A stretch of 64,000 bases of DNA from Chloroflexota bacterium (GTDB lineage: Bacteria; Chloroflexota; Limnocylindria; Limnocylindrales; CSP1-4). Numbering within the stretch: position 1 is the first letter of the stretch; each line of letters starts with the position of its first letter. The position numbers and the translations under genes were made by a program. Shown here one piece after another: positions 59,574-64,000 of this stretch. Location of the stretch: assembly GCA_034430475.1 (NCBI GenBank), contig DAOUEA010000094.1, forward strand, positions 8,725 to 72,724. The letters are read 5' to 3'. Below the pieces are notes generated by a model. It was not told where the DNA came from. It searched no databases and was given only the letters and a program-made list of their open reading frames with translations.

Positions 59574-60361
59574 AGCCGTTCAACTTCCTCCGATCGTTGT
59601 TCGCCGGCCTCCCCCTGCGCTCCCGGGGCTGCGCAGGGGGAGGGTCGTGGGACGCGCTGGACGCCTCCGAGCAGACGATCGCGGCCCTGTTGACCCGCTA
59701 CGCGGCCGGGCTGTCCGCCAGCACCTCGGCGCTCCAGGGGACGCGGTCGCTGGTTCTTACTGCGGCGGCCGCGACCGCCCAGGCCGGGGCAACCGAGACT
59801 CAGAGAGTCCGGCGCGCGCCTCGCGCTCCCCGCATGAAGGTGTTCCAGTTCTCGACGGTCGCTGCCGCCGTGGCCGTCATCGCCGTCGCCGTGAGCGCGG
59901 TCCTGACCTACCCCGGCAGCCCTCTCCGCTACGGCCAGGTCGACGTCGGGTCAGGCCAGCCGTCGGCGGGCACGAGCGAGACGCTGCTCGCGGACGTGGC
60001 AGCGGCCGAAGCTCGTCTGGGGGAGCTCGACGAACTGGCCGCGGAGCGCGACTGGAGCGGCGTCGAGGACGCCGCCGACGCCTACACGGCGGTCCTGATG
60101 ACCATCTCCGTGCCGGACGACGACTCGGATCGCGACTTCCTGCGCGGAGCGCTCGATGAGCACCTGGCCATCCTCCAGGAGCTGCGCGTCGACGCGCCGG
60201 CGGGGGCTCAAGTCGCGCTGGACAAGGCGATCGCTCGGATCGAGGCGATGCTGGCCGACGCCGACAAGAAGGACAAGGAGCACGGCCACACGCCGCCGCC
60301 GAAGGCTACCAAGGAGCCCAAGCCCACCAAGGAGCCCAAGCCCACCAAGGAGCCCAAGTAA
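59570..60361 (+). CDS. Putative anti-sigma factor / membrane protein (single TM, helical C-terminal domain, KEPKPT repeats)
   Basis: The ATG overlaps the sigma gene stop (ATGA). The TM is FQFSTVAAAVAVIAVAVSAVLTY. The extracytoplasmic helical domain (LADVAAAEARLGELDELAAERDW...) resembles DUF5667-type anti-sigma partners. The C-terminus is KEPKPTKEPKPTKEPK. Confidence 0.6.
   Translation: MKPFNFLRSLFAGLPLRSRGCAGGGSWDALDASEQTIAALLTRYAAGLSASTSALQGTRSLVLTAAAATAQAGATETQRVRRAPRAPRMKVFQFSTVAAAVAVIAVAVSAVLTYPGSPLRYGQVDVGSGQPSAGTSETLLADVAAAEARLGELDELAAERDWSGVEDAADAYTAVLMTISVPDDDSDRDFLRGALDEHLAILQELRVDAPAGAQVALDKAIARIEAMLADADKKDKEHGHTPPPKATKEPKPTKEPKPTKEPK
60308..60358 (+). repeat. 18-bp coding tandem repeat (about 2.8 copies) encoding (T)KEPKP units
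   Basis: The unit accaaggagcccaagccc is repeated head to tail at the 3' end of the anti-sigma candidate. Confidence 0.8.
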
Positions 60362-60384
60362 GCGGCCGCCGGCTGAGGGGAAGA

Positions 60385-60461
60385 TGGTGGGCGATACTGG
60401 ATTCGAACCAGTGACCTCGCGGATGTGAACCGCGCGCTCTAACCAGCTGAGCCAATCGCCC
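60385..60461 (-). tRNA. tRNA-Val (anticodon CAC), CCA encoded
   Basis: The minus strand reads GGGCGAT-TG-GCTC-AGCTGGTTA-GAGC-G-CGCGG-TTCACAT-CCGCG-AGGTC-ACTGG-TTCGAAT-CCAGT-ATCGCCC-A-CCA. This is a full cloverleaf with the TTCGAAT T-loop and anticodon loop TT-CAC-AT. Confidence 0.97.
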
Positions 60462-60502
60462 ACGCGACGCCGGCGATTATAGCGGCCGCGCCTGAACCTG
60501 AG

Positions 60503-60805
60503 TCAGAGCTTGAGGCCGGGCCAGCGAGCCAGCAGGTCTTCCGCCCCGAGGCCGTCCACCGCCACGAGCTTGTGCCGGCCCGTGGCCCCGGCCACCAGGC
60601 GCACCGCACCCTTGGCGACTCCCAGGTCCTCGGCCAGGAGCCGGAGCAGGGCCGCGTTGGCACCGCCGCCGACGGGAGCGGCAGCCACTCGCACCGCCAG
60701 CGCCCCGGCATCGTTCACTCCCTCGATACGGTCCGCGCCGCCGCGCGGCGTGAGGCGCACGGCAAAGCGAACGTCGGATAGTCGGGAACGGCGGTCCAGG
60801 TTCAC
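60503..60805 (-). CDS. DUF167 (YggU) family protein
   Basis: 100 aa. VRLTPRGGADRIEG...LAVRVAAAPVGGGANAALLRLLAEDLGVAKGAVRLVAGATGRHKLVAV is typical of DUF167. Confidence 0.8.
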   Translation of the reverse strand: MNLDRRSRLSDVRFAVRLTPRGGADRIEGVNDAGALAVRVAAAPVGGGANAALLRLLAEDLGVAKGAVRLVAGATGRHKLVAVDGLGAEDLLARWPGLKL

Positions 60806-60859
60806 CGTTCGATTATCGCGCAGCTGGCGAAAAGGCCCTCCCGCGGGACGGTCGTTCCC

Positions 60860-61570
60860 TCAGCCGCGCTCACCGAAGAGAGCGCGCCCGATCCGGACCA
60901 GGGTTGAGCCCTCCTCGACCGCGACCTCGAAATCGTCCGACATACCCATCGACAGACCCGGGCCGAGCCGGGGCTCGCGGGCGCGCAGGCGTTCGGCGAG
61001 GTCGCGCAGCCCAACGAAGGTGGGGCGAGATTCGGCCGCTGTCGCAACCAGCCAGCCGACTGTCATCAGGCCCAGGAGGCGCAGGTTTGGCAGCCCGGCC
61101 AGCGAACTGATCTCGGTCTCGAGTTCGGCGGGTGCGAAACCGCTCTTGGCCGGATCGAGGTCCACGTTGACCTGCAGGTAGACGCCCAACGGCGCCCGCC
61201 CGGTCTCGGCCGCGAGGCGATCCAGGCGCCGGGCCAGGGCGACCGAATCGACCGACTCGACGACGTCGAAGAGATCCACCGCCCGGCGCGCCTTGTTCGA
61301 CTGCAACGGCCCGACCAGGTGCCAGCGCACACCCGGGAGCAGCGGCGCCTTGGTCTCGGCCTCCTGGACCCGGTTCTCGCCGAGCGTGGTCAGGCCGGCA
61401 GCGGCGGCCGCCACCAGGCGCTCGGCGGGGACCGTCTTGGAGACGGCCACCAGTTCTACCCCGGCCGAGTCACGGCCGGCGCGCAGGCAGGCGCCGGCTA
61501 TGGCGTCGAGAACACGCTGGCGGGCCGCGGCGAGCGCGGCGACAGCGTCAGGCTGAGGCTGTGATCCCAA
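60860..61570 (-). CDS. yggS: YggS-family pyridoxal-phosphate homeostasis protein
   Basis: 236 aa. VELVAVSKTVPAERL holds the PLP lysine. GENRVQEA, WHLVGPLQSNKAR and LSMGMSDDFEVA are also present. Confidence 0.9.
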   Translation of the reverse strand: MGSQPQPDAVAALAAARQRVLDAIAGACLRAGRDSAGVELVAVSKTVPAERLVAAAAAGLTTLGENRVQEAETKAPLLPGVRWHLVGPLQSNKARRAVDLFDVVESVDSVALARRLDRLAAETGRAPLGVYLQVNVDLDPAKSGFAPAELETEISSLAGLPNLRLLGLMTVGWLVATAAESRPTFVGLRDLAERLRAREPRLGPGLSMGMSDDFEVAVEEGSTLVRIGRALFGERG

Positions 61571-61579
61571 GGCCAGTGC

Positions 61580-62884
61580 CTATACCAGCTCCTCTTCCTC
61601 CTGCGCCTTGCGCCGCAGGAAGGTGGGGATCTCGATGTCCGGGCTGTCATACGACGGCCGGCGCTGGTAGGAGGGGGCTTCGAGCTCCGCCTCATCCAGG
61701 GGCGGACGGTGCGGGGCCGGCTCGGGGGCGGTCCGGAGCGACGAGCCACCGACCTGCACCGGCACCGACTGCCGATCCCTCAGGCTGCCCGCAGACCGCA
61801 CGCTGACCGGCTCGGTGACGTATGTCCGCTGGTGGTCGAGATCGGCCAGGTAGTCGACCGGCTCCGACCTCGGGGTGCGAGCCGGTGTCACCACAGCCGC
61901 GGACACGTCACGCCGCACGACCTCGCGCTTCCGGGTGGTGTCGAAGCCGGTGGCGATGACCGTGATCATGACCTCGTCGCCCATCCGCTCGTCGAAGCTG
62001 GCGCCGAAGATGATGTTGGCCTCCGGGTCTGCCACGGCCCGGATCTCGTCCGCCGCGTCCAGCACCTCGTACAGGCTCAAGTTCGCAGAGCCTGAGACGT
62101 TGAACAGGATGCCCTGCGCGCCGGCGATGTTGATCTCCAGCAGCGGGCTGGCGATGGCCTCGTGGGTTGCGTCCAGTGCCCTGCTGTCTCCCGCGGCCCG
62201 ACCGATGCCCATGAGGGCGGAGCCAGCGTCCTTCATGACGGTTCGGACGTCCGCGAAATCCAGATTGATGAGGGCCGGGACAGTGATGATGTCGCTGATC
62301 CCCTGGACGCCCTGGCGCAGGACGTCGTCGACGTAGCGGAAGGCCTCCAGCATGGATGTGTTCTTCTGCACGACGTCGCGCAGACGATCGTTGGGGATCG
62401 TGATGAGCGTATCGACCTTCGACTTGAGAGCCTCGCCGGCGCGCTCGGCCACGATCTTGCGGCGCGCACCCTCGAAGGAGAAGGGCTTGGTAACCACGCC
62501 GATGGTCAGCGCACCCAGGTCGCGGGCGACCTCGGCCACGACTGGGGCAGCGCCAGAGCCAGTGCCGCCGCCCAGGCCGGCCGTGACAAAGACCAAATCC
62601 GAATCGCGCAGGGCGTCGGTCAGCTTCTCGATGTCTTCCTCGGCCGCCTTCTGGCCGATGGCCGGATCGCCGCCCGCACCCAGACCGCGCGTCAGCTTGT
62701 CGCCGATGCGGATCTTGTGGGGGGCATCCGACTGCAGCAGGGCCTGGGCGTCCGTATTGCAGGCGATGAACTCGACGCCCATCATCTCGGCCCTGATCAT
62801 GCGGTTGACGGCGTTGCAGCCGCCGCCACCGACGCCTATGACACGAATCAGGGCGAAGTTCTCGGAATCGGACCGTAGCGGCAT
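61580..62884 (-). CDS. ftsZ: Cell division protein FtsZ
   Basis: 434 aa. [17 protein letters not shown] and [11 protein letters not shown] are present, and the T4 loop is [16 protein letters not shown]. The C-terminal peptide is [16 protein letters not shown] lies upstream of the ATG. Confidence 0.98.
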   Translation of the reverse strand: MPLRSDSENFALIRVIGVGGGGCNAVNRMIRAEMMGVEFIACNTDAQALLQSDAPHKIRIGDKLTRGLGAGGDPAIGQKAAEEDIEKLTDALRDSDLVFVTAGLGGGTGSGAAPVVAEVARDLGALTIGVVTKPFSFEGARRKIVAERAGEALKSKVDTLITIPNDRLRDVVQKNTSMLEAFRYVDDVLRQGVQGISDIITVPALINLDFADVRTVMKDAGSALMGIGRAAGDSRALDATHEAIASPLLEINIAGAQGILFNVSGSANLSLYEVLDAADEIRAVADPEANIIFGASFDERMGDEVMITVIATGFDTTRKREVVRRDVSAAVVTPARTPRSEPVDYLADLDHQRTYVTEPVSVRSAGSLRDRQSVPVQVGGSSLRTAPEPAPHRPPLDEAELEAPSYQRRPSYDSPDIEIPTFLRRKAQEEEELV

Positions 62885-63134
62885 CGTTCAGATCCTCCGG
62901 TGGCTCTCCGGCTGATATCTGTCGTTCGGTCCGGCCGCCCGAGATACCTAGAGGTCCAGCGAGGCGTGGGTCGGCTCGGATGCAGACAGTATACGCGGAA
63001 TCCGGTCCGCAAGCCCCCTGAATCGCTCTCCGAAACGGGCCTTTCGAGCGTGCGAGTCGAACAGGTGGTCGCATTTGGGCCGGATTCGGGCGTCAGCCCG
63101 GTTCGCCGTGGTCAAACAGCGAAAGAAACGCGGC

Positions 63135-63539
63135 CTAGGCCGGGGCGAACGTCAATCGCACGGTCCTCGTTGCGTTGTCCTGGTTGGGATCGAGCAGGGC
63201 CACCGACTGCCACGTCCCAAGCGTCAGCCGGCCCGAAGCGACCGGCACGGTGAGAGACGGCGGAGCCAGGAGCGGCAGCACGTGGTCGGCGCCGTGGCCG
63301 GGCGAGCCGTGGCGGTGAACCCAATGCGCGTCGCGCGGCAGGAGGCGATCCAGGACGGCCATCAGGTCCGCCTCGGATCCCGCCCCAAGCTCCATGACCA
63401 CGACCCCCGCCGTGGCGTGCGGGATGAAGACGACGAGCAACCCATCCCCCTCCCCCGCCACGAAACTCGCACAGGCGGCGGTGATGTCGTGCAGCCCGCG
63501 CCCCCTCCCGGTCTGGATCGTCAGCTCGGCGGTCTTCAT
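63135..63539 (-). CDS. YjbQ/UPF0047 family protein (secondary thiamine-phosphate synthase-like)
   Basis: 134 aa. LHDITAACASFV..., LLVVFIPHATAGVVVME, GHGADHV and LGTWQSVALLD are typical of UPF0047. Confidence 0.85.
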   Translation of the reverse strand: MKTAELTIQTGRGRGLHDITAACASFVAGEGDGLLVVFIPHATAGVVVMELGAGSEADLMAVLDRLLPRDAHWVHRHGSPGHGADHVLPLLAPPSLTVPVASGRLTLGTWQSVALLDPNQDNATRTVRLTFAPA

Positions 63540-63676
63540 GGGCTGAGCCGCCCCGGCCTTGTGCGGATCGAGCCCGCTGGCAGGCTACCCGCGCCGTACC
63601 CTACGAGCACGCAGGGCTCCGTGCCCGCGGGACTGTCGTGGGCGTCAGGGAGACTGCACCTGCCGAGGTACCCGAC

Positions 63677-64000
63677 GTGACTCCTGCGCTCGCGGCTCTC
63701 CTGATCTCTGGCGTCGCGGCTGTGGGCGGCTGTGGTTCGCCGGCCGCGACCCCGACCCCCACGCCAACCCCCACCCCGACCCCCACGCCGAGCCCCACGC
63801 CCACCCCCAAGCCCACCCCCAAGCCCGAACGCACGCCATCCGTGCCGCTCCTGCCCCTCCCAGTGGGCTACCAGCGCATCGTCTCGCTCAATTCCGGCTA
63901 CGCCCTCAGCGTACCGGCCGACTGGGTCTACGTCATGTCCGACGGCCCGCTCACCGTGGACGAGCAGGTTGAAGCCATCGAGGACGAGCACCCCGAGCTG
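63677..64000 (+). CDS. Lipoprotein with a PT-rich linker, N-terminal fragment (runs off the window end)
   Basis: The GTG at 63677 opens VTPALAALLISGVAAVGGCGSPAATPTPTPTPTPTPTPSPTPTPKPTPKPERTPSVPLLPLPVGYQRIV..., with lipobox VGGC. The ORF is open to the window edge, so it is absent from the ORF track. GAGG lies 9 nt upstream. Confidence 0.6.
   Translation, partial: MTPALAALLISGVAAVGGCGSPAATPTPTPTPTPTPTPSPTPTPKPTPKPERTPSVPLLPLPVGYQRIVSLNSGYALSVPADWVYVMSDGPLTVDEQVEAIEDEHPEL

Noticed and set aside
60385-60461. tRNA-Val as an integration hotspot for a genomic island
   Set aside because: There is no integrase, no direct repeat of the tRNA 3' end and no compositional break on either side. The flanks are an ECF module and conserved yggU/yggS/ftsZ genes.
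63601-63839. Short GC-rich tandem repeats (also at 4405-4653 and 60308-60358) that could be mistaken for a CRISPR-like or intergenic repeat array
   Set aside because: They are in frame within coding sequences and encode Pro/Thr/Lys linkers (PTPTPTP, KEPKPT). There is no repeat-spacer architecture and no cas genes.

Overview
High-GC (roughly 70% by eye) bacterial chromosomal segment. It is dominated by housekeeping genes, and almost all are co-directional on the minus strand. Many start/stop junctions overlap by 4 nt (ATGA or GTGA), which suggests long, translationally coupled operons.

Gene content from left to right:
- ligA (5' end only), a Mut7-C RNase gene and pcrA
- three tandem LolA/LppX-like lipoprotein paralogs
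- groES-groEL behind a sigma70-like promoter and a perfect CIRCE operator
- a SAM methyltransferase, a tandem DinB-like protein, tatD and metG
- a two-gene membrane module of unknown function
- a pur super-operon: purA-purD-purB-purC-purS-purQ-purL-purF-purM-purN::purH
- deoC
- two paralogous RCC1-repeat/Fn3 membrane proteins in a somewhat lower-GC patch
- an orphan ssb, a BMP-family lipoprotein, a CPA2 antiporter, rsmI and nadE
- a five-gene peptide-type ABC importer
- NUDIX-gcvT-gcvH-gcvPA-gcvPB
- a DUF2520 Rossmann protein, acnA and an aldo/keto reductase
- an ECF sigma/anti-sigma module
- tRNA-Val(CAC)
- DUF167, yggS and ftsZ
- yjbQ, and the start of another PT-linker lipoprotein

I saw no transposase, integrase, CRISPR array, rRNA or recognisable defence genes.

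The observations most worth a second look are:
- a structured leader with a strong intrinsic terminator directly upstream of purA, which could be a riboswitch, attenuator or sRNA
- a 320-nt structured spacer upstream of NUDIX-gcvT that carries glycine-riboswitch-like motifs of ambiguous orientation
- a PurN-PurH fusion
- a basic Lys/Ala/Gly-rich tail on PurA
- an OppD-type ATPase with a 4-TM N-terminal extension
- the RCC1/Fn3 membrane proteins, one of which carries an extra fused C-terminal module
- the uncharacterised 601-aa + 155-aa membrane gene pair

Every function call rests on motifs recognised by eye in the supplied translations. No database search was run.
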